Of a DNA stretch of 64,000 nt, positions 23,801 to 35,015 are shown one piece after another. Within the stretch, counting starts at the first letter, position 1. Every line of letters begins with the position of its first letter. This DNA comes from Haplodiscus bocki (lineage: Eukaryota). The translations under genes were made by a program, and so were the position numbers. Below the pieces are notes generated by a model. The model saw only the letters and a program-made list of their open reading frames with translations. It ran no database searches and was not told where the DNA came from. Location: the NCBI GenBank assembly GCA_965655095.1, contig OZ296650.1:61132001-61196000 (forward strand), in the 5' to 3' direction.

Positions 23801-25759
23801 CTCGGTATAACTTTTTTTTCAATATATGCAACCAGAAAACCTAATTCCAGCTCTCAATAATTTTGCTCCGATATTCGATTCCCTGTTGGTCCATTTTTCT
23901 ACTCTTAACGAAAAATGTCTTCACTTGCAATTTGGAATTCTCAGCAAGTTTTTTCCACTTTGGGCTAGTGGTTTTCTTAGCAGACTTCAGCAGATTCCGA
24001 CTATCTTGTGATCTTTTGAATACACACAAAAGCAGTTTTGTGTGCTAAGCATCATTCGTGGTCTTTCCTCTACGCTCTGGTGGTTTCTGCTGTATCTTCG
24101 TATTCGAAATCGTGAACTTTTTTCGGTGATCAAAACGTTTTCTCGATAGTTGAGGGTTGCTTTGCGGCCATCCAATGGTTTTTTCAATTCTGATAAATGG
24201 AAATACTTCGAAGAATTGTTTTTAGGGCTTCGAGAGAAAGCGAGATTGCCCTATTGCTCCGCTTTTAGTAGGAAAAAGTTTTTCTCGTTGGTGACATTCC
24301 GCCAAACTTTCAACTTTGAAGGCCTACAACTTTTCAGTGATACATGAGATCCAAACAGTTTCCAATTATTCATCAAAACTTTCAGATGGTGAAAAAAACT
24401 TTGAGTCAAGATGTAAGTTATAGACGTGAGCTAAATGGCAAGCTCTACCTCATGCATAATGCCAGTATACTTGAATTTAACTGGCGCATATGTACTGCCT
24501 ATTGAATCCTGAAATGTTGCTGTTCTAACTGTGGGGGTATCGAAAAAGAGTTATAACTTGGTCTTTTCTTCGGATGTTTTCTTGACTTTACCAAATTTGA
24601 GGGACAATGACTTGCAGATGAAGTATGGGAGCAACTTGGTTTTCGGTTTCTTTCGGTGGATTGAAAAGGAGTATCGGATGGTGCAAAATGCTCGCGTGTT
24701 TTTTTGGCGCGTTAGTTGTTTGGCGAAACATAAAAATTGCCAAATATTTCCTTCACTTTAAATTATAGGTTAAACAGCAAAGGAATGGCTGACTCTATCA
24801 ACCTATCTTACTTTTGAAGGCGCAAAAAAATGAGGCCCTTTTGCGAAAGGCATAGGTGAAGGTTTGAGAGGTTGGTGTTAGGGGTATCACAAGAAGTACG
24901 TTATTTTTCCTTTTAACATCTTCAGTGCTTTCAAATTCATCTACCAGCATAGATGGAAAAAGCGTTTTTCTTTAACGGATGCATACTGAGCTGGCACTTT
25001 TCCTCCTCAACGTGTTAGTGTTCCTACGTTGGCTTCTGGGTAGAGGTACCTCAAATTTTTTTGAATTTTCTGTTTTTCAGATTTTTTCGGAGCGTTGAGA
25101 TTTTTCTTCACTTAGCATGATTAATAACCACTCCCGCTCTATCACCTTGCATAATGCGGTTCAGCCACGCAAAGAATTGTACGTTGTTCCTAGTTGAGGA
25201 GGTAATCAGTTTTCGTGTGTTTTTTTGCACTGCCGTCAGCTACCAAAACAAAAAACTTTGCAATCAGTGTGTTTGAAGAAAGTTTTTCCGTCAATTATGG
25301 GGTCTAGCCTCAATCTTTACCCATGATTGATTTTGTTCGAGCATGTGGTCCTTTTCAGAGAATCACTGTTCGAAGACTGCGCTGGGTTTCTTGGCGCTTA
25401 TGTTTTTATATCTTTTTCTTCGGTGGAAACCTGTTGCTGTAAAATTTGCTAGCGAAAAGTTGAACAATGAAGTGAGCAGTTTTCGTCAATGGACAATTCT
25501 TCGTTGCCGGTTCTCATCCTCTCGCCAATATGCGCGAAGCCCAGCTTCGCCTATGTGTATCAATCAATTTTGTCACGCAGCTTTTACTAGTTCGGTTCCC
25601 ATTAAATAATTCATGTTGCACCCTGAAAATTTACTGAAATTTCTGCGAAGGCAAACATGGAAATTTTTTGTAAAGATCGTGATACGTCCCAGTTTCTGCA
25701 TCACTTAGATTTTTTATGGCCCAGTGGTAGGAATATTGAGCTCCGAGGCTACTGGTGGG

Positions 25760-26047
25760 TAGTTTCGAACCCCGGTATAGGCTATATATTTCATACCAGA
25801 AACTATGCAAAAGTCCATGTTTTCCCGAAAAAATTTTGGACCTTCGGTTCAAAATTTCTTCGCTATACTCCCCTTGTAAAATCCTACGAATCGACATGTA
25901 GCGGGTTGGAATCCCAGCATACTCTACGTTTTTCTAATATTTGTACCAACGATTGTACCAAAATAGAATTTTTTTAAAACATCAGAATCAACTCCATCCT
26001 ATGAGTATTTTGAGCCATACGGCCGGCTCGGGCCATTCTTGGCTTGT
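25760..26047 (+). mobile_element. Dispersed repeat, possible non-autonomous Helitron-type 3' end (copy 1)
   Basis: Homologous to 48385-48711 (shared TTCGAACCCC and TCCTATGAGTATTTTGAGCCAT); ends in a GC-rich hairpin-like stretch followed by CTTGT. Confidence 0.45.
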
Positions 26048-27169
26048 TTAGTATAAAATGTAGCCTACACTGCGGCTCGAGTGCAGGTAGGAACTATGGT
26101 TTTGGTTACCTTTTGTCTTACCCAATGGACTTTATAATATTTAATAAATATAGCTCATACTTGGGTACCAACTCTCAACCTGTGGCTTCGGAACCTTTTT
26201 GTCCTACCAACTAAGCCATGGATATATCAAATGAGCTCCAGACAAGCTCTTAAATTGGATCGGTTTGGTGTGTGAGGTCTGTTGCCTTCGGAATAAAACT
26301 GTGATAGTTGACACCTTTATTTCATAAAGCGCTTACTAAAAAATGCATTGGCGCAAAAGTGAACAAAAACATGCTTGTTGCTTGCTGGGAATTGCTGCAC
26401 ATATTGACAGCAAATATAGTACCTTCATTTAACAGAGGAAAGGAAAATTCTGCAAGAGTAAACTGTCTTCAATGAAAAGCAGAAATCGACCTTTTCGTAG
26501 TGATGTGTGGTTAGTCAAATTGGATTAAACGGAAATGTCATTAATCAATTCGTAAAGAAATATTTATTTGGGCATTCCAATAGCGAAACTTCAGCGGATA
26601 ATGAACGTAGTATTCTGTGGAGAATATACAGTACTGAGTTTGAATTAAGTGAACTCCTTAGCAAAAATTGAAAAACGTTGGAAACTTTTTTCTCAAAGCG
26701 TAATGAATTTACGGTAAAAGCAAAAGTTCCATATATTTTTTATGAGGTTTTACTGGTACTTTTTAATTGTGCCAATTGTTTAAAAGTTTTGACTACTCGA
26801 TTTTGGACATATTTTTTCAAGTTCGAGGTTTTTCTCGAAAATCTTAAAAACTACGAAAGGTTCAGAAAAGCGTATTGATGCAATTTTGTAGCATTGAATC
26901 TTTCTCAGAATCTTTGACTCCTACAATTTTCAGGAGAATGAAGTCATTCAAAGTTAACATTATTTAGCGGAAGTGAATTTTCTATACATTCAGGTAAACA
27001 TTTTTTTCGGAATTCAGATCTCACAAAGTTGTTATAGCCAAGAGGTTTAAGACAGATTCAAAGCTTTATTTAAAACGGTACGTAATTTGTTTTAGTGGGC
27101 GCTCTAACTATGTTTCGTTGGGAAAAGTTTTTGAATAGAAATTATTCAATTCAGTAGTCGGGAGTTTTT

Positions 27170-29100
27170 TTCCTAGTTCCAATTTTGCCCATGACGCGCA
27201 GAATCGCCTGCAGTGTCATTGGTGTCTTGCAGAATACATGTGGCGGGTGTCACCGCGGTTGGGAATCCAGAGGTGGTGGGTTCAAATCCCGCTGTCGATC
27301 CTATTTTTTTTACATATTTTTAGATACTCCTCAACACATTTCTATTTTATAAAAGCAAAAAAAACGGTTTTTTTTCGATGAAATTTTGGGTTTTTTGATA
27401 AATGGACTTTTTTTCCCGAAAGTTATCCGAATTGCGACATTACTGCCACAAATGTTCTTTTTTCTGGAATTTTTTCAAAAATAGGAATTTTTTTTCGATT
27501 TTCCTATGAAACCGAAAAAAGTTGATAGATCTGTTGAAAAATTTAACTATAAAGATCAATGATTGATTTTTATAGGTTTTGAAGTTTTAGTCCTCTTTGT
27601 AATATTAGTCCCTTTTCACTATCCTAGTTTCTCTGGGGCCAGAAAATACAGTTTTAGTTCGAAGTGTGTCTGCTGGAACATATCGTTCTGTGACTCTCAA
27701 ATTGAGGAAATGTCTAAAACCGCAATTTTGCAACTCATTTTTCTCCAAAAACAAGGTTCACTTCTTTCATGTAGGTCTCAATCGAAAGCCTTCTTTTTGT
27801 TTAAAGGCATGTCATTTAAAAACCTTTGCTTTTTTTCCTTGCGTCAGAATCCTGATGGACCGATAATGCGAAAGAAGTACAATTATTTTTGAAAAACCTT
27901 GATTATCAAATATTTTAATTTTCCTCAAATACGTGCTCGATTCGTTCTATCTAGTAGTTAATCGATGGCCATCAACTTGTGCTAAACCGGTCCCTTGAAA
28001 AGCTGTCGATTCTGTTCCTTGCATCAGTAAACTGATAGTCCAAAATTTCCCAAAAGGAATATTTTTGCTACATTTCGCTTTTCGAACTCGTTTCTCGCTA
28101 ACTACAGGTTTGGTTTGGTCCGTGAAGATCTCAGTCAAAAATTCCAGCTGGGCAGAGCAGGTTTCAAATTCTTTCTTCCTCGGTTTTTTGAGGCTTGATT
28201 TCTTCCATCAAGAACTCAATCGACGGCAAAAACTTGTACATGAGTATTCTATTGAAGAACATTTCAATTCGTTTCCTGGGTCAGAATTCTGCAAGACCAA
28301 AAATTGCTGTTTATATTGATTTTTCCGTATTCAAACTCATCGTTAAACGTTAGTACAAGCTTCGTTTCTTTCACAAAAGTCTCTATCGAAAACTTTGAAA
28401 TCGTCATGTTGGATTTTTTTCAAAATCATTCAATTTTTTCCTTGCGTCAGAATCCTGATATTCAGAAAATTGAAAATCAAAATGTTAATATTGACTTATC
28501 TCGTTTTTCAAACTCACCTTTTTACGTAACTACAGGTTGATTTCTTCCATCGAGGTCTCATTCGAACGCTTTGCACTTTTAGAGGTTAATCTAATTGAAA
28601 ACTCCTTCACTTTGACCCTTGCATCAGAATCTTAATTGTCCGAAACTTCCGAAAAAGGCTTTTAGTAATGAATTCTCCCAATATTCGAACTACTGTATCT
28701 CTGTAACTACAGGTTTGATGTCTTTCATCGAGGTGTCCGGCGAAAACGTCTTAAAATTGGAGAAGGATTTGATAGCAAATTTATGTTCTTTGACACTTGC
28801 ATAGGAATCCTGGTAGTCCGAGAAGTCCAAAAAATGCTATTGATTTTGATTCATCCGAGATTCAAGCTTTCTTTCGGTACTTCCAGGCTTGATGTCTTCC
28901 ATCAAGGTCTCAATCGAAAGCTTTAACCTTGTAATTGAGAAATCCATTGAACAGCCAGTTATATCCTTCCTTGGTTCAAATCCTTGGATGATGATCCGAA
29001 TATTCAAAAAGTGCTCATCTTAATGATTCATCTCGTCCTTCAAACTGATCTTTTTCAAAAAGTACAGGTTTGATTTTTTTTTTTCAACAAGGTCTCTCTT
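27170..29100 (+). mobile_element. Composite dispersed repeat: head with tRNA-like B-box plus internal ~177-bp tandem array (copy 1)
   Basis: Head ATGACGCGCAGAATC...TTGCAGAAT...GGTTCAAATCCC...TTACATATTTTTAG is related to 60430-60550; unit motif AACTACAGGTTTGATTTCTTCCATCGAGGTCTCAATCGAAAGC recurs at ~28352, 28527, 28704, 28880 and 29061. Confidence 0.7.
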
Positions 29101-32100
29101 TCTTAGAATGGGTTTCTCAAAACAACCAATAGAACTAAATCAGTCCACAACTAAGCTACGTTGCTACACTGGCGCAAGCAAAAGTTATAGCATAGGCTCA
29201 TTTTTTTCCGATCCATTCACAATGGACGCAAGGTCCTGAATTTTGACTGTTGTTGAGGGAGTGGCGTAGGCTCGATCTTGGGATCATTGGCGCCGCAATC
29301 GCATGCTCTGCTGACGTGGTTCTTGTCGTTTGATGATCAATGCTTTTATTTTGAGCGACTGAAGTATTGTAGTGTTTCTTTCTTGTATATAAGTGTACAA
29401 GAAATCACTGTTTTTCTGCGCCTGGTGCCAGAAGTATTCGTAGTATAGTGGCCCCCTCAAAAGTCTTGAATTTAATCGATTTGTTTACTAGTATTCCGTT
29501 GGCGCTAGTGCTCCGAAGCACAGCTTCGCCTGTGTCGACTTACATTGTAACTTGAAATTAGAAAACGTCAATATTTGGTGTTGAGGTCTTTTTTCCAGCG
29601 TGTTCGGTTGCCAGCTGGACGTTTTCAGGTAGTGGTGAAGCGAATCAACTAAAAGTGGTGATAGCTTGTTCAATTTTGTTATCTCCTTCGAAAATGTTTC
29701 GCTTCCAAGTATATTGTTGGGATTGATTCATCGAAAGCTAATTACAATAGTCGCAAACACGTTTCGCAGAGCAGAAAGGATGATTTGTTTTGTTCTTTCA
29801 TTGCCTTTTTGAGTAATAACTTACAGATCAGTTATTTTTCATTCCGTTCTTCGTTTTAGTTGACTTAATCAGTGGGATTAAGTCCCATCTAGCGCTAGCA
29901 CCTTTTCAACACCTGGAAATCCCTTCAAGTATCTGATTTTTGATCACCTTCTACTTTGGGGCTCATTGAACTACTCACCAGCTTAAACTCAGGAGGCAAA
30001 GTTGGTTTCTGTTATTCTATTACTAAAAATCGTAAGTGGAAAATCCATTTGAATGAGTGAAGACGTTTTTAGTCGCATTGATTGTCAAACGTGTTTTGCA
30101 TGGAAACTTTAGAACGTATGGCATTTTTCGGACATATTTTCGACAACCGATACGTGGAAGCTATGTAAAGTGGCAGAAAATGTGTTTTTGTGTGGTTTTG
30201 TCTGAAAAGCTTAATATAAAATCAAAGAAGTTATGGGTCTTTCATTAAAATGTCTCTCTAGGAGACTGCTCATCGCCGTGTTCCTTCCCAGCGCTGAGAC
30301 GGACTGTTCTTGCCAGAGGATCTGTGTATTAGTTGCAACTGTCGGTTGCTCATTTTGGAGAGATTTAATGGGATTATATAATTAGAATGTCGGAGAACTT
30401 GTGCCTTGCGCCTTTCGCCGGAAGTGATTTTCGGAGAAACTGTGCATGTGATTGGGGCCATTGTGCCCTTTTTTAATCAGTGATCAAGCAGAAGTTTTGA
30501 TAACTAATATGTTAATTTTCATTGCTACTGTCTTGCCAATTACTTGGAAGGTGAGGAATTCGCTTGTTTTGTGATATTTGATGCAGCGATTAGACCCCAA
30601 GAATTGTTCTCTGTAATGGGCTGCAATTGGTTTTGATGGTTGGACAAATTTTGGAAAACGCCGTTTTGCCAGTGTATTCCGTTTGCGCCAAGCAAGTGTT
30701 ATCGAATGGGGTGGGCAACTACTTCTCGGTTCCGTTCAATACTTTCATCGGCTCTTCAGCTGTTCAGAAGCCCAGCGGTGGAAACTTGGCGGGAAGTTGA
30801 CTCCGCGCACCTTCTCAGCTTGCTTTTCAGACGCAATAATTGAAAATTAAATGAGCATGTAAGATGCGAACTATAAATCAAAGGTATTAGTTTAATTTTT
30901 CTAGTACCGATTAAAGTCTGAATTTTGACGGTAGATTGAAACTGGAAATTTTCTGTTGTATCTTCCTCAAAGTCGGTTTTTCTCAAACAGTTGTGGTCGG
31001 CTTGCAATCAACTAACGCGGAAGTGGATTTCCTTAATTTGGAGGATTTGACGGAAAGCTGGGAAGTCTTGTATCATACATTTACTACGAATTTTGTTTCC
31101 TGACCTGTTGTTTGAAATTCGAAGTTTTCTTCACTTCCGTTTTTTTTTCAAAGATATTATTCTCAAAGCGCCCCTTATTGAATTGCAACCAGTCAATAAT
31201 CTTACAAGAAACCGCAAAATTCAAACTCCCGAGTAGCAGAAGTGTCTTGTTACGGACTTGTCCGCCGAAATTTCTTCGGCGCACAAGTCCGTAACAAGAC
31301 TTTGACATTTGACTTTCATTATGAAATTCGAAATTTTCACATGTACAGCAAAGCTGCTTTTTGCACAGGCTACGCGTTGGATTGCGGACCGCAAACGCTC
31401 AATCGAAAGCCCGCAAGATGAAGAGTCTCCAAAGAAACAGGGATGTCCCGTTCCAACCCATTCATGCGAAATATCGTGAGATATCCTTCGAAATTGAAAA
31501 TCTTACTTGAGTCTTTCTTGAAGGCCTTTTCCGCGAAGGGCGCCACTTGGATTGCTGCCCTCTAGTGCCCTTTTTTCAAAAGCGTGCATTCGGTGAATCC
31601 ATGATTTAGAAGGGATGTACTATGTCGTTTTCTAAACGAGAACTGTCTTGACTTGTAATATGGAATCCCAAAATCAGTCTTCGGTTTTTTTCATGAAATG
31701 CTTTAACTGAAGGCTCTTCTGCAGAAACCGACCTTCTTTTGATCTTTCAAGTACCAGTAAAATGGAGGATACGCACTAAGCATCATTGGTGACCTGTTCG
31801 ATAGGCTCTGGTAGTTTTTGCTCTATCTTCATATTCGAAAAATCATGAGCTTTCGGTTGTCAAAAAGTTAATATATGGTCTAAGGATAGTTTTGCGACCA
31901 AGCAAAACGCAAATACTGGTAAATAGGAGTGCTTTGAACCTCTATGGTCCTTTTCTTCTCTGGAAATGGTTTTCCTGTAAGACTTGCTTCTACGAGAAGT
32001 TTACGAATCAAGTGAGGTGTTTTCGTCAGTCGACGATTCGTTGCTGTTTCTTATCTCGGAAGTGTATGCGAGTCCCAGCTTCGCCTCAAATCTGTGCTGA

Positions 32101-32723
32101 TGTCACCTAATTCTTATACCGAACATGATATCTTCCTTGCCTGAGCATTCCGAAGGAAAACCGATTGTGTCTCAAGGTATTAATCTATGAACAGCCTATT
32201 ACGCCAGTGTTCTTTCGTGAACAAAAGATCTCTGGCATTTTTTCTTAAATGACATTCTCTTGCGGTAATTGCTGGGCCTCCAAAGCGGGGAAATTCAATC
32301 TATGTTGTTCGTATATGCGTGCAAATGGCTTTTATTCGCCATTCTCATGTGCGCCTAAAATTGAAGCCCAAGGCGAAAGATATTGTTTGTGGGACGACGC
32401 TGACCGTTTTTCAATACAAGAGTTAGCTGCATTTGGCACTTTGCCTCACTTTCGTGCTTACGTGAGGTTACAAGCGAGAGTTTCAGACGAGAAGTTCATC
32501 ATTCTCGGTTCTGATCAAACGAGCAGCAGCCAATAATAGGGCAGCATTACTAACTACCACCTAGCTTTAATTTAGGCCAAACTTCAATAGCATTTTTCAG
32601 ACAAACTCATATATGACAAAATACCCCTCTGATTACGGATTTTTTTCAACTTGTTTTCAAAAGTTCTCTCTTTCGACGTACCTGAAGCAACTCAGTTCTT
32701 TATGTTTTTGAAATATGAATTGG

Positions 32724-33578
32724 TGTAACAGTCATGCTTTTAGAACATGTCGCTAGAAATGAATTTTCGATGCGGAGGACGACTGTTATTGGAAATGGTA
32801 CTCAGCAATTTCTAAAATTACTATTCAGGTGTTTTTGGTTTGATGGTTGCTACCGGGATATGTGAAGTGAATAAAAAATTGCTTTTGGCTTTTTATGAAG
32901 GAATTTAAATTACAAAAAGAGAAAGGGAAAAGGCAGTATTTTAAAGTGGAATTATTAAGTCACAAATTTGCATATCATCAGAGTTTTTTTTAGGGACGAT
33001 TACAGGGTCTTCTTGTTGAGTTGCGGAAGAGAGATTGTGTTCGTCAGAGACCGGTCTTCTTTCTGTCTTGTCTTCGGGGTTGTCTGATTGGAATATCGCT
33101 TAGAAATTCTTTATAAAATTGTCGAGGGTCTAATGACTGTACGGGCAAAGGTCGGGTCAGTTTTGGCTTTAGTAACAATATTTACTTTAAGTAATACAGC
33201 AGAGAAAAAATTACGACTGCTTGTAAATGAGTGTACTGTTACACACCATTTAAATCATACAAGAGAGTTTAAATCACGCTTGTGGGGCTGACTGTTATAG
33301 TGAGCAAAATAGAAACAGAAAATTGTACTAGTGATAAGAATAGAGTTTAGCAAAAGAGCGGGGTGTTTATGTTTTTTGAATGTTTTCGTGAAAAGCAAGT
33401 TTTGTTTATTAAGAGCAGTCGAGGGTACTTGACTAATTGTCTGGAAGGGGACCAAAAGTTGTTTATAAAATGGAAATGAAATCTAGTTCAATTTTCAAGG
33501 GAAATTTAGCAAAGAAATAAAGAAAATTTAAGCTTTGAGTTTTCAGAAGAATATTTATTTCAGTTTGTGATTGTTACA
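32724..33578 (-). repeat. 3' LTR (855 bp)
   Basis: TGTAACA...TGTTACA termini; direct repeat of 44488-45346. The adjacent purine tract (CAAGCCAAAAAAATCAGTGCAG on the minus strand) is only a weak PPT. Confidence 0.95.
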
Positions 33579-34594
33579 CTGCACTGATTTTTTTGGCTTG
33601 CGTCTCGCAAATACAAGAAGAAAGAGTTTATAAATCCTTGAAGTCGTTAAGCTGTTGAAGGAATGGGTCGCATCGGGAACATGTACGGAGACCATTTTTG
33701 TATCGTGTGACATCGGGGAGCCCGCCGCAGCAATAGATGGGTCATAGATTCGCGTTGAGAAGACTCTCTGCAAGAGTTACCAATGGCACGTATTGACTAG
33801 TTTTCGGTGGTAAAAATGGGTTTTTGTCGGTGGAGTTGCTGTAATAAACAGCTGATGTTTTCTTGTAGTTTTTCTTGAGAGGAACTAGGTGCACATCCAA
33901 GCACAAAAAAGCGAAGATGATAAAGAGCGGTATTAGAATCAGTTATTGACGGCAGTTGCTGATTCGGGTAGGAAAATATCCGTTGAAAAACGCGGAGCTG
34001 GCAATGGGCGGAAGTGATGGCTGTGGGGCTGGAAACATCTTCAGTGAGCTCGAAAGTGCGCTTCAAGAGGTATTCATTCTCAGGAATCAAGGTAACGGTT
34101 CGTTGCGTTAAGTCAGTTGTTTGTTCCTCAACAGTATTAGTTTTTAGAATTTCCTCGCAAAGTTCTCGAAAGGCTACATTGGCGGTTGTTTTAGCTTCTT
34201 CGAAACCTTGTTGTAATCTGGCCACTGGTTCGAATTCTGGCTGCTTGTAGGTGACATACTCGTAAAGTTCGAGATTGCAGGAAGTGGAAGCGTCGGGTAA
34301 AACGGGCGGAGGTGGAATTTCGCAAAGGCAGTTGCCAGTTAGTTCGTCGAAAGCAACTTTGGGTTCTCGAGTCGGTGCTGGAAGCAAGCAGTTGGCTGTA
34401 GAATGTCTCATGCAGCTACGTTGGTTTGCGTTAGCATCCACTCTTCGAAGAACCACAGTGCCATAATGGGGTTAATTCTTAACACGCGATATTCCCGTTC
34501 ATCAAGGATATGAACTACGTCGCCGGGCGTGATGACACCTTTCTGGCCACTGCGAGTATACATTGGGGAGCCAGAAGGACGCATTGAACGAAAC
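33555..34594 (-). pseudogene. Post-env accessory ORF of the retroelement (unknown function), probably spliced, disrupted
   Basis: Acceptor ttattttttgtttcag| ending 34595, then MRPSGSPMYTRSGQKGVITPGDVVHILDEREYRVLRINP; a frameshift leads into the 219-aa ORF 33797..34456 and then ORF 33555..33773, which ends inside the LTR. Confidence 0.6.
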
Positions 34595-34804
34595 CTGAAA
34601 CAAAAAATAATGATAAATAAATTTCAAAATGTAAGGGAGGAAAGGGAACCGAGTCGTTGAGTTTTTGTGCGTGTATTTTCATTCAAAGTGCGTGTATACT
34701 GATACGTATACTGTCAACGCTGAAATTATTTAACAAGGGAGATCATGTCTCAACGATTTTTGTTTTGTTTTCAAGGGTCAGACCAAAGTCTGAGCATGAA
34801 GTGG

Positions 34805-34951
34805 GCAGGGACACGTGCACAACGGGTCAACAAAAGCTGGGCAGGTACAGAAACGTACAAGAGAGCAGGCACGGAAACGTGCAAGAGACGGCCAAGATGC
34901 GAATCGAGACAGGCCGAGTACGGAACCGTACTGGAGGGGGCACGAAAGTGC
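34805..34951 (-). other. Array of five short related RNA hairpins between env and the accessory ORF
   Basis: Sense strand: GCAC-UUUC-GUGC (34940-34951), AGUACG-GUUC-CGUACU (34917-34932), GCACG-UUUC-CGUGC (34869-34882), GUACG-UUUC-UGUAC (34845-34858), GCACG-UGUC-CCUGC (34805-34818). Confidence 0.7.
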
Positions 34952-35015
34952 AAGGCATTCTTTAAATGTATTTTTATGGACATATTAGAAACAAAAAATG
35001 AGAATAGGAATTTAG

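Noticed and set aside
27240-27300. tRNA gene
   Set aside because: Only a T-arm/B-box-like half; no acceptor stem or full cloverleaf. Treated as part of a repeat head.
33088-33455. Duplicated small ORFs (also 44854..45221) as genes
   Set aside because: They are duplicated only because they lie in the LTRs; they have non-ATG starts and no recognisable motifs.
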